Origin: Candidatus Latescibacterota bacterium
Lineage (GTDB): Bacteria > Latescibacterota > UBA2968 > GCA-2709665
Length of the DNA: 64,000 nucleotides
Direction of reading: 5' to 3'
Assembly: GCA_965248435.1 (NCBI GenBank)
Contig: OZ252100.1
Location: forward strand, 640,001 to 704,000
The notes beneath the pieces were generated by a model, which was given only the letters and a program-made list of their open reading frames with translations, was not told the origin of the DNA and did no database searches. A program made the translations under genes and the position numbers. How positions within the stretch are numbered: the stretch's first letter is position 1; every line of letters begins with the position of its first letter. This document shows, piece after piece, positions 29,000 through 37,694 of this stretch.

Positions 29000-30049
29000 T
29001 TAATCCCCTCCCCCGACTCGCGGGCTCGCTCGGGACAGGCTTTTCGAAGGGGGAAGGTTCGTCTCTTTTCTTACGGTACCCGGTACCCGAACCCCGGTAC
29101 CCGGACCAGCGATTTTCCGAAAGCCCTGATTCAGTCGACGCATGTTCTGAATCGCGTTCAGCACGGCCTGAATCTGGTAATGATTGTTGTAGACCACTGC
29201 AACGTTGCTCGCCTTCTGACTCAACTCGATCTGCCCCTCCACCCGCTCCTCCATTTCCGATTCTGAGTAGAGGTAATCATACCGGGCATTCCGGGCCTCG
29301 ATCCGCGCCTTCGAGGTCGTCTGCTTCCCCTTGGGGTACCAGTTCTGAAGATTGCGGCCGCTGTAGCGGACATATCCCTTTTCCGTCGTCGCGTACGCCT
29401 TCAGGGGAAAGGCGTGTTTTACCGGCGGAATCTCCGTGTTACAGATCCCGATCCCGCTGTCCTTCAACGCCTGGAGCGGATACACATTGTGCCAGCTGTT
29501 GTGTCTGAACTCGATGTGTACATCCAGCTTCATCCTCACCGCTTCTGAAGCCACGGCCAGAAAATAGTCGAGCCGCTCCTGATTCCGAATCGTCCGATCC
29601 TCCAGCTGAATCAGAAAGCTGTAGAATCTCCCTGTCTCCACCAGGGGACTGACCGCCGTGATGTGATTGCGCATCAGCGCCTTGCCGGTTTCGACCTCCC
29701 AGCGCTTCGTATGCGAGATGTCCCGGTAGACTTTGACGACATATTTCGTGGCCGGCCCGCTCCTCCGCTCGATATCCACAAAATTCGTGACCATGGGTTC
29801 GCGGTAGAACGTGTTGTTGATCTCGACCAGGGGGAAGTACTTCTGGTAGAACCTGAGCCGGTCCTGATCGGCCCTCGCTTCATCCGAAAGGCCCGCCAGC
29901 CGCTTACCGGTAACCTTTGGCGGGTTGAACCGCCCGAGCCAGTCCTCGAAATAATAACCCGAGGTCCCGACGTAGAAACCGGTTCCGGTGATGTCGGGAG
30001 GAGGCTCGAGGGGCTTCCAGGATTCGGGTTCGGGTTTGAATAAATCCAT
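29000..30049 (-). CDS. DUF72 (YecE family) TIM-barrel protein
   Basis: YVGTSGY...DW, YQKYFPLVEINNTFYR, EFRHNSW, YVRY.GRN, RYDYLYS..E, YNNH. Confidence 0.9.
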   Translation of the reverse strand: MDLFKPEPESWKPLEPPPDITGTGFYVGTSGYYFEDWLGRFNPPKVTGKRLAGLSDEARADQDRLRFYQKYFPLVEINNTFYREPMVTNFVDIERRSGPATKYVVKVYRDISHTKRWEVETGKALMRNHITAVSPLVETGRFYSFLIQLEDRTIRNQERLDYFLAVASEAVRMKLDVHIEFRHNSWHNVYPLQALKDSGIGICNTEIPPVKHAFPLKAYATTEKGYVRYSGRNLQNWYPKGKQTTSKARIEARNARYDYLYSESEMEERVEGQIELSQKASNVAVVYNNHYQIQAVLNAIQNMRRLNQGFRKIAGPGTGVRVPGTVRKETNLPPSKSLSRASPRVGGGD

Positions 30050-30076
30050 GAATGCCGTCGTTCGTGAATCGTCTCA

Positions 30077-30235
30077 GGTCGTGTCCTAAGGGACACGACC
30101 GACTCATCGTTCGCGGCGAGAAACAGGGCTTTGAACTTGTTCGGGCGATCACAAGGATCGCCCCTACGGTGATGCACCGACCCCTCTCCTGCGTGCGGGA
30201 GAGGGGTGCCGAGCGGCAGCGAGGCGGGGTGAGGG
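30077..30235. repeat. Stack of three palindromic elements including a GTAG-type REP
   Basis: GGTCGTGTCC/GGACACGACC (30077-30100); minus-strand GTAG-GGGCGATC..GATCGCCC (30143-30167); CCCCTCTCC..GGAGAGGGG..GGGGTGAGGG (30181-30235). Confidence 0.7.
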
Positions 30236-30236
30236 C

Positions 30237-31433
30237 TCAGCGGTGATTCAAATGCGACGCACTCACGACCGTATCAAATCCCATCCGCTTCCGAATCTCC
30301 GTGATCGCCCCACTGACCTGCCTCTGTTTTTTCTCCCAGTCGGTCTCGAAAAGGCCCAGCTGGGCTTTCTCTTTTTTCGGCCGGGTCACCATCAGTTTCA
30401 TGGATTTGACGGCGACCCGCCTCTGATAAAGGTCCTTGAACAGCTTTGTCGCGACCTGAGAGAGGGTGAGGAAATCGTTCGTAGGAGAAACCCACGCAGC
30501 CGTCTTCTGCGCCGTCCTGTTGTCTGCATATCTCAACACAAACGTCATCCTGTTCGTCCACGCGGTGTTGACCTTCAGCTCGTGACAAAGTTTGTCGGCT
30601 GCGTAGCGGACGTTCTGAATCAAATGACCCAGGTCGTTGATGTCCCATTCCAGAACGTGCTCCGCGTGCAAAGCGTTTTTGGGGCCCACAGCAGTTTTTG
30701 TATCGACCCCGTTCGCCATACTGTATAACTTCTCGCCCTCCTTCCCGAACCGGGCGACCAGGGCGTCTTTCCCCAGGCGTTGAATCTGGCCGATGCGCTT
30801 GATCCCGTACTTCTTCAACTTCTCCCGGCACTGGCCAGACAGATCCGGCATCATGCGGGTGCTGAATTCAGTCAAAACGATCTCTTCCGCTTCCGTCTCA
30901 CAGGTCTGAATGCCGTCCGGTCTCGCCGTCTTCGCCAGGAGCCTGGCCAGGAGCCTGGACTGGGAAACGCCGATCGCGACCTCCTCCAGACCGATCTTGT
31001 AGTGGATCTCCCGTTTCATCTCTTCGGCAATCTGTCCGTCGGTCATGTGCCTCTGAACCGGTGTTTCGGAAAGGTTGACGAGACCATCGCCCCGTTCGCG
31101 CACCTCGTATTCCGGCGAGTAGTGACAGACGATCCAGGACAGCTCTTCGCAAACGGTCTTTTCCAAGGCCTCGTCACGGGGAACGACCTCGAGGCTCGGG
31201 TGCCGTTTTTGAGCGACGCGGACCGACATGCCCTGCTTGAGGCCGATGGCCTTCGCCCGCGTGGAACACGCCCAGATACCGCTTTTGTGGCTGTCGGTAT
31301 TCTGACGGACGACGACAAAAGGACGGTTCTGGAGAGACGGGGTGTAGGCCGAGATCGCCTGAGCCGGAAATTGATCGATGTCCAGGGCGAGGTATAAGGA
31401 CTCAGGCGGCGATTGTGGGTCGAATGTCTGCAT
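30237..31433 (-). CDS. Y-family DNA polymerase-like protein, probably catalytically inactive (ImuB-like)
   Basis: LDIDQFPAQ, PFVV, S..AKAIGL..GM, LAKTARPDG; SIDEA motif replaced by RERGDG; C-terminal QLGLF clamp motif. Confidence 0.85.
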   Translation of the reverse strand: MQTFDPQSPPESLYLALDIDQFPAQAISAYTPSLQNRPFVVVRQNTDSHKSGIWACSTRAKAIGLKQGMSVRVAQKRHPSLEVVPRDEALEKTVCEELSWIVCHYSPEYEVRERGDGLVNLSETPVQRHMTDGQIAEEMKREIHYKIGLEEVAIGVSQSRLLARLLAKTARPDGIQTCETEAEEIVLTEFSTRMMPDLSGQCREKLKKYGIKRIGQIQRLGKDALVARFGKEGEKLYSMANGVDTKTAVGPKNALHAEHVLEWDINDLGHLIQNVRYAADKLCHELKVNTAWTNRMTFVLRYADNRTAQKTAAWVSPTNDFLTLSQVATKLFKDLYQRRVAVKSMKLMVTRPKKEKAQLGLFETDWEKKQRQVSGAITEIRKRMGFDTVVSASHLNHR

Positions 31434-34400
31434 AAGTGTAACTCACCTTGAAAGAGGTTTCGAGCCGCTTCGAGGCCAGGTCAAAATCTACGAGGTTGGG
31501 CGACCACGCGACCGACCGGATCGACTCGGCTTCGACGGAATAGGTTCCCCAATCCTCCGTCACCGTCCCCCAGATCTCGAAAGGCCCGGTTTCGACGAGG
31601 AGATCAGAAAACCGATGATAGATCCTGGGCCAGAAAATGATGTCCAGTGTCTCGGTTTTGTCCTCGAGCGTGAGAAACATCATCGGCTCGCCCGAATGGG
31701 CGACCGGGTGAACGCGTTCGGTGACCGGCCATCCGAACACCTTGATCTTCTTTCCCACATGATGATGTACCTGATTGGCCGGGACGGCATCTTTCGACGC
31801 GGGATGCAGGTCGAGAATGTCCAGAATGTCTCCGGACAGCATAAAGCCGAGCAAGTGGAGCTCGTTCAGGCACCTCTCCACGAGCGTATAATCGCTGAGC
31901 CCCGGATGGAGTTCCTGACGCCGATCATCGCACGGCAGCAGCATCGGCTGCTCGGGCCGCCGCTTGCCATATATGCCTTCCAGCAGATAGAGCGATTCGG
32001 GCTGCGTCAAACCGAACCCGTCGAAGGCGCCGACGAGGATCAATTTCTCGATTTCCTTCTTGTGAATCGAGACCCGATCGACGAAATCCAGAAGGTTGCG
32101 AAACGGGCCGCCCCTTTCCCGTTCTCGAATCAGGGCTTCCTGACTCCTCTGACTCAGGTTGCGAATGTGCATCAGGCCCGGCCGCATCCAACTGTGTTTG
32201 CCCCAGTACTTGATGCCCGACTCATTGATGTGAAGGGGAAGGATGCGGATGCCCCACCGTCTCGCCTCGTTCAGGTAGGCATCCTTCGCATAGAACCCGT
32301 GGTTGTTGCTTATGACTGAAGCGAGGAATTGGGCGGGATAATGGGCCTTTAAATAGGTGCATCTGAACGACAGCTGCGCATAGCTGGCGCTGTGGGACTT
32401 ACAAAAACTGAATCCGGTGAAGCTGCTCACCCGCTCCCAGAGCTCGGCCGCCTGTTCGAAGGCATAGCCGCTGTGGTCGATGCATCCCCTGACAAACGCC
32501 TGGGACGTCTGCTGCCATCCCACGAACGGGACCTCCCCTTCGTGGGAACTGTTCATCATCTTTCTGATCTTGTCGGCCTGCTTGTAGCTGAGCCCGGCGA
32601 TGTGGTGACAGATCTTCGTGACGTCTTCCTGAAAGGCGCAGACATCGTGCGTCTCCCCCAGAATGGCCTCGAGAGAGGGATGTAAAAAGTCCCAGTCCCG
32701 AACCCCCGCTTTCATCTTCCGGTGCCGCTCGACAAAAAGCTGCGTGTATGCCGACCCGGCCGGCCGGACCAGGCTCGACGTGATGGTGATTTCCTCGAAC
32801 GATTCGGCCTGTGCCTTTTTGTTCAATCGTGTCTGTGCCGGACTCTCGATGTAGAAAATCCCCTTCGTCCTGCCCTTCCGGATGACATCCCGTACTCGGG
32901 GATCGTTGTAACACTTCTCCAGATCCCACACATCAGGATCCGGCAACGATTGGTCCTCCAGCTGCTGCAGCGTATCGCGCAGCACGGACAGAGAGCCATT
33001 GCCGAGGACATCGAACTTGATCAGGCCCAGCTCATCGATCCCGTTGTGCATGTCGATCTGGGTGATCACCCGGTTTTTCTCCCCACCCGAAGATTCGCAG
33101 GCAACGTGCCTCCAGATCGGATCGTTCGTGATGAGCAGGCCCCCCGGATGCTGACCCAGAAACCGCGGCTTCCCTCTGATCTTCTCCGCCAGTTCCAAAA
33201 TGTGACAGATCTCTTCGTCTTCTATCTTTTTGGTCCGCGTCCGATGGCTTTCCAGGATGTCTGAGACCTGCTCCTCGCTGTATCCGAACACCTTGGCGGT
33301 CTCTCGAAAGGCGGCCCGCCGTCTGAAATGGTTCGTCGTACAGGTCACCGCGACCCGATCCTGTCCCCATTTTTCGATGATGTAGTCGAAGACCTCGTCC
33401 CGCTCATCCCAGCCGAAGTCCAGATCGGCGTCCGGAGGCGATGCCCGGTCTTCATTCAGAAATCGCTGAAAATAGAGATTGTATTCGATCGGATCGAGGT
33501 CGCTGGCGCCGATATTGTAGAACGTGATGGAATTCGCAGCGCTTCCTCTCAGGATCGTTGCATCCTTCGGCCTTCGATATCGGGTCTTGAACCGCTCATT
33601 CGCCCAGTCCCGGATCTGTTTCACGAACAAGAAGTAAGACGGGTATCCCAATTTCGAAATAACGTCCAGCTCCATCTCTTGAAGGCGCTTCGCCTTTTTA
33701 TAGGCCCCCGCTCTCCCGCGGTAGTTGACCTCCAGCCCCTCCCCGGCCAGCTTCTCCAAATAAGTCCTGGGTGTGTATCCCTCCGGGACCGAAATCTCCG
33801 GAAAAATCCACTCGCCCAGTTCGAGAACGGCATTGCACTGCGCTGCGATGCGCTCTGTATTGTCGATCGCCTCCCTGTGATTCGGAAACAAACGTTCCAT
33901 CTCCCCCTGCGATCGAAAACTCGCCCCCTGTGGAGCGGTCTCCTCAGGTTTCAACCGGGAGAGCGTGGACGTCAACCGGATGGCGGCCAGGATGCGATGC
34001 GTTTCCCAGTCATCCCCGTGCAGGAAAAAGGAGTTGTTGGAGACCGCAAGCGGGACGTCGAGGGCCTTCGCTGTTTCCTCCAACTGCCTGCTGCGCTGAC
34101 GTGTGCACGGCGAATGGTTGATGAGCTCACCGTAGAGGCTGCCCCGGTTCGGGGTCTGCGCGAGGAACTCGACCAGGTGCGGGAAGGCGGACATGAAGAT
34201 GAGATTCGGCCAGCCCCTGGCGAAAATCCTTGAAAAGGAAAACATTTTCGAATCCAGATGGCGCCGGGTGATGATCTCACACAGGTCCGCGTAGCCCGCG
34301 GCGTTCCTGGCCAGGAGCACGACATGTTCGTGGGGTCGGTTCGGCTCCGTCAACTCCACGCCGAGGATCGGTTTGATGCCCTCTGCCCTGCATTCGAGAT

Positions 34401-34551
34401 AAAACCGGATCAGGCCGCTCATCCGATCGGTATCGGTGAGGGCGACGGCCTTCATGCCGGAGGCCCTGGCCTGGCGGACCAGTTCCCCCGTCGCGCATAC
34501 GCCCGCACAGAAGGAAAAGACCGAATGACAGTGCAGGGGGACGAAGCTCAT
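31402..34551 (-). CDS. dnaE2: Error-prone DNA polymerase III alpha-like (DnaE2)
   Basis: PHP domain, RGSAANS, FQRFLN, PPDADLDF, GQHPGG, KFDVLG, FYIESP, FCKSHS, OB fold; ATG at 34551 inferred. Confidence 0.9.
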   Translation of the reverse strand: MSFVPLHCHSVFSFCAGVCATGELVRQARASGMKAVALTDTDRMSGLIRFYLECRAEGIKPILGVELTEPNRPHEHVVLLARNAAGYADLCEIITRRHLDSKMFSFSRIFARGWPNLIFMSAFPHLVEFLAQTPNRGSLYGELINHSPCTRQRSRQLEETAKALDVPLAVSNNSFFLHGDDWETHRILAAIRLTSTLSRLKPEETAPQGASFRSQGEMERLFPNHREAIDNTERIAAQCNAVLELGEWIFPEISVPEGYTPRTYLEKLAGEGLEVNYRGRAGAYKKAKRLQEMELDVISKLGYPSYFLFVKQIRDWANERFKTRYRRPKDATILRGSAANSITFYNIGASDLDPIEYNLYFQRFLNEDRASPPDADLDFGWDERDEVFDYIIEKWGQDRVAVTCTTNHFRRRAAFRETAKVFGYSEEQVSDILESHRTRTKKIEDEEICHILELAEKIRGKPRFLGQHPGGLLITNDPIWRHVACESSGGEKNRVITQIDMHNGIDELGLIKFDVLGNGSLSVLRDTLQQLEDQSLPDPDVWDLEKCYNDPRVRDVIRKGRTKGIFYIESPAQTRLNKKAQAESFEEITITSSLVRPAGSAYTQLFVERHRKMKAGVRDWDFLHPSLEAILGETHDVCAFQEDVTKICHHIAGLSYKQADKIRKMMNSSHEGEVPFVGWQQTSQAFVRGCIDHSGYAFEQAAELWERVSSFTGFSFCKSHSASYAQLSFRCTYLKAHYPAQFLASVISNNHGFYAKDAYLNEARRWGIRILPLHINESGIKYWGKHSWMRPGLMHIRNLSQRSQEALIRERERGGPFRNLLDFVDRVSIHKKEIEKLILVGAFDGFGLTQPESLYLLEGIYGKRRPEQPMLLPCDDRRQELHPGLSDYTLVERCLNELHLLGFMLSGDILDILDLHPASKDAVPANQVHHHVGKKIKVFGWPVTERVHPVAHSGEPMMFLTLEDKTETLDIIFWPRIYHRFSDLLVETGPFEIWGTVTEDWGTYSVEAESIRSVAWSPNLVDFDLASKRLETSFKVSYTYADIRPTIAA

Positions 34552-34596
34552 AAAACAACCCTCGAATCGCAAAGACCAACCCACCGCAGAATACAC

Positions 34597-34634
34597 GTGC
34601 ACAAATGTATACCTATTTGTCAGCGGTCTGTCAA
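34597..34634 (-). promoter_or_regulatory. Sigma70 promoter of the dnaE2 cassette overlapped by a candidate SOS operator
   Basis: Minus strand TTGACA (34634-34629)-N17-TATACA (34611-34606); dyad GTGCAC-AAAT-GTATAC at 34597-34612. Confidence 0.6.
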
Positions 34635-34638
34635 GGGC

Positions 34639-34668
34639 AAAAAAAGACCCCGGAGAAAACTCCAGGGT
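34639..34668 (-). terminator. Intrinsic terminator insulating dnaE2 from upstream genes
   Basis: Minus strand ACCCTGGAG-TTTT-CTCCGGGGT then CT7. Confidence 0.8.
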
Positions 34669-34766
34669 ATTGTGTATAACATGTTGTTAACAATAATTTT
34701 ATATGTATTTCTCTGCTCTATTATTGCCGATGCGTTTTACCCATCGGCAACAAGAATACCTGCCAT

Positions 34767-34856
34767 TTAAAGGGCCAGGAACAGCACCAGCAGAAGAAGG
34801 CCGTAGACCGTCAGCGTCACGACGGCGACTCTCGACGCCATCCAACTGGAATTCAT
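34767..34856 (-). CDS. Putative 29-aa single-TM small protein (not in ORF track)
   Basis: MNSSWMASRVAVVTLTVYGLLLLVLFLAL; RBS GGAAGG upstream; 9-bp hairpin downstream (34724-34750). Confidence 0.45.
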   Translation of the reverse strand: MNSSWMASRVAVVTLTVYGLLLLVLFLAL

Positions 34857-34979
34857 TCGGGACCTTCCGTAAGCGGGGAAAACTTCAGCGATGTGGAACA
34901 GGGTCACGGCTCGGGGGGAGCGTTGCGAGGTGCAAAGTTACACATTAAGATCGGCCAGGTCAAAGCTTTTGTATCACGT

Positions 34980-36176
34980 TCACGTCTCCTGACCCCTAAC
35001 TCGCGAAATATGCAGGGTCAGGGCCTCGGCCACCACCTCCTCAACCTTGTCCAGGCTATCGAAAGGCTTTTGAAGCCTGAGATCGAACGCGGCCAGCCTC
35101 GGATCGTTCGGCTCCAACTCCCACCCGGTCATCAGCACCGTAATCGCAGACGGGTCCATCTGCCGGATCCTTTCGGCAACCACTTCTCCCGGCTCCCCCG
35201 GCAGGCCCAGATCGATCAGGGCCACACCATAGCGGCCCGGAGCAAATCTTTTGAAGGCCTCCGATGCGTCCAGCGCGGTCTCAACTTCGTAGTTCTTCGA
35301 GAGCAATCGAGACAGGACCCTCTGTACGCTCGCGTCGTCTTCGATGATCAGGATGCTTCCCCGATCCACCTCGCGCGCGACGTTCTTCTGTTCCTCCGGC
35401 TGTGGACCTGTATGTACGGGGAAATGGATCCTGAAGGTGGTGCCCCTGCCCGGCGTGCTCTCCACCTCTATCCCGCCATCCCATTGGGTGATGATCCCGT
35501 GAACCCCCGAGAGTCCTAATCCCGATCCTACATTTGTCTTTGTCGTAAAGAAGGGCTCGAAAACCCGTTTCCGCACGTCCTCGGGCATCCCGCTGCCCGT
35601 GTCGCTGAACGCCAACACAACTTCCTCTCCCCGCGACTGTGCGTCGATCCGGATCGTCCCACCATCCGGCATCGCCTCGACGGCGTTACTAAGGAGGTTC
35701 TGGAAGACATCCTGCAGCCCTTCCTCCGTCCCTGCTATGTCCAGAAGACCATCAAGGCGGGTGACAATTTTGATGGACAGCCCCTCATCTTGCCACTTCC
35801 GCTGTGTTTCCCCCGCCAGCGTGGCCACGATCGAGCGAAGACTCACCGCCCCCGGGGCGGTTTCGTCGGCGCCCTTCACCGACCGCCTGAGCCGCCGCAC
35901 GATCTCCCTTGCCCTTCGGGCAGACGAGATGATCTCTTCCACTTCGATCAAGAGGTCAGGGTCTTCGGTCGCTCTTTGAAGCAGCTGGGCGGGACCCATA
36001 ATTCCCGTCAGAATGTTGTTCAGGTTGTGACTCAGACCCGCAGACATCTGACCCAGGGCCCGCTGCCGTTCGATCTGGACGCGTTCCACTTCCCCGGCCT
36101 GGAGTTCAGCGAGTTGACGGCGCAGTTCCGCCAACTCGCGAATCAGCTCCTCTTTGGTTTTCTGTTCGTCTGTCAT
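34980..36176 (-). CDS. Cytoplasmic hybrid histidine kinase (HisKA-HATPase-REC)
   Basis: SHNLNNIL, NLLSNA, DTGSGM, FEPFFTTK, GSGLGL, REC IIEDD / DLGLP / QKP. Confidence 0.9.
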   Translation of the reverse strand: MTDEQKTKEELIRELAELRRQLAELQAGEVERVQIERQRALGQMSAGLSHNLNNILTGIMGPAQLLQRATEDPDLLIEVEEIISSARRAREIVRRLRRSVKGADETAPGAVSLRSIVATLAGETQRKWQDEGLSIKIVTRLDGLLDIAGTEEGLQDVFQNLLSNAVEAMPDGGTIRIDAQSRGEEVVLAFSDTGSGMPEDVRKRVFEPFFTTKTNVGSGLGLSGVHGIITQWDGGIEVESTPGRGTTFRIHFPVHTGPQPEEQKNVAREVDRGSILIIEDDASVQRVLSRLLSKNYEVETALDASEAFKRFAPGRYGVALIDLGLPGEPGEVVAERIRQMDPSAITVLMTGWELEPNDPRLAAFDLRLQKPFDSLDKVEEVVAEALTLHISRVRGQET

Positions 36177-36210
36177 CCGGTTTCCGGGAAGGTGTCAGAG
36201 GGGGCGCAAA

Positions 36211-36921
36211 CTAAAACCCTGCGATCATGAAAAGCCCACACAAGCAGAGTGTGACGCCTGCAAAGGCGTGACTGAATTTTTGAATTCTGAGTTGGGGCAA
36301 GGCACCCAGTCCCGCGAGACCGGCGAACACGAGACCCAGCACGGTCACAAGCGTGACCACTGCGAAAACGATCGTCACCCAAATCACACCCGCGAAGCTG
36401 TGCTGAAACGCGGGCACTAACAGTACCGGGATCAGGGGTTCGCAGGGGCCCAGCACGAAGATGGTGAAGAGCACCCAGGGTGCCAGCTTCGCGCCATCAC
36501 TCGCCCCGTGTGGATGGGCGTGCTCACGATGGTGGGCGTGTTCGTGGTCGTGGAGTGTTCCGTCGGCGTGCACGTGGGAATGGGCGTGAGGCCGGTCCCT
36601 CAGTCCCCTGCGGAGGCCCCAGGCCGTATAGACGATCCCAAAAGACAACAAGGCCCAGGCAGCGAGACTCCCTCGCGCCGATTCAACGATTTCCAGATTG
36701 GACACCAGAACACCGGCACCGATGACCACTGCTCCGAGGACAACCGACCCGAGGATGTGTCCAATCCCGCACAGGGCGGCGATGCAAAGCGTCTTCGATC
36801 CGGACCAGGAACCCGCCCTGCCCATCGCGATAAAGGGCAGGTAGTGGTCCGGCCCCAGCAGGGTATGGAAAAATGCGATCGTCGCCGCGGTAATCGTCAA
36901 GGCAAGGAGGTCGTGCGGCAT
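36211..36921 (-). CDS. Ni/Co transporter-like membrane protein (UreH/RcnA/DsbD_2-like), long His loop
   Basis: HTLLGPDHY, GIGH, HAHSHVH..HDHEHAHHREHAHPH, LGPCEP. Confidence 0.75.
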   Translation of the reverse strand: MPHDLLALTITAATIAFFHTLLGPDHYLPFIAMGRAGSWSGSKTLCIAALCGIGHILGSVVLGAVVIGAGVLVSNLEIVESARGSLAAWALLSFGIVYTAWGLRRGLRDRPHAHSHVHADGTLHDHEHAHHREHAHPHGASDGAKLAPWVLFTIFVLGPCEPLIPVLLVPAFQHSFAGVIWVTIVFAVVTLVTVLGLVFAGLAGLGALPQLRIQKFSHAFAGVTLCLCGLFMIAGF

Positions 36922-37003
36922 TTGACGCCCTTCCTAGAACCAACTCGGGATCGAACCGCAGGGAGCGGAGATCCGATGTCCGTGGATCGTTCCGAGGATG
37001 CGT

Positions 37004-37651
37004 TCACAACTCCAATACCATCAAGATACCACACACAGAGAGCGCGATGCCGGCGACGGCGTGGCTGAACCTCTGGATCCGCAGTTCGGGCAGGGCATCG
37101 ATCCCAACGAGCCCCACGAAGACGAGGCCGACCATCGTCACGAGCGTGACCACAGCGAACACACTGACGACCCAGATCACACCGGTGAGACTATGCTGTA
37201 GTGCAGGTACCATCAAGATCGGAATCAAAGGCGCGCAGGGATCCAGGATGAAGATCGTGAACAGCACCCAGGGGGTAGACTTCGCGCCATCGTCAGGATG
37301 GGCGTGTGCGTGGGAATGGGCGTGAGGCCTCAGTCCCTTGCGGAGGCCCCAGGCCGTATAGACAATCCCAAAAGACAACAGGGCCCAGGCCGACAGATTC
37401 TCACGCGCGGATTCGAAGACCTCCAGGTCGGACACTGCGGCACCGATCCCGATGCCCACCGCACCCAGGATGACGGAGCCGAGGACGTGGCCGCTGCCAC
37501 ACAGTGCGGCGATGCAAACCGTCCTGGACCTGGACCAGGAACCCGCCCTGCCCATCGCGATGAAGGGCAGGTAGTGGTATGGCGCCAGCAGGGAATGGAA
37601 AAATGCGATCGTCGCCGCAGTAATCGTCAAAGCCAGGAGATCGTGCGGCAT
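37004..37651 (-). CDS. Paralogous Ni/Co transporter-like protein, short His loop
   Basis: Near-identical to 36211-36921; HSLLAPYHY, HAHSHAHAHP, LDPCAP. Confidence 0.75.
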   Translation of the reverse strand: MPHDLLALTITAATIAFFHSLLAPYHYLPFIAMGRAGSWSRSRTVCIAALCGSGHVLGSVILGAVGIGIGAAVSDLEVFESARENLSAWALLSFGIVYTAWGLRKGLRPHAHSHAHAHPDDGAKSTPWVLFTIFILDPCAPLIPILMVPALQHSLTGVIWVVSVFAVVTLVTMVGLVFVGLVGIDALPELRIQRFSHAVAGIALSVCGILMVLEL

Positions 37652-37694
37652 GTGGGGTGCTTCCTACACCAACTCAAGGTCGAAATCAGTCGTG

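Noticed and set aside
31402-34551. Replicative DnaE1
   Set aside because: Overlap with an inactive Y-polymerase, an altered PHP site and a short C-terminus indicate an accessory polymerase.
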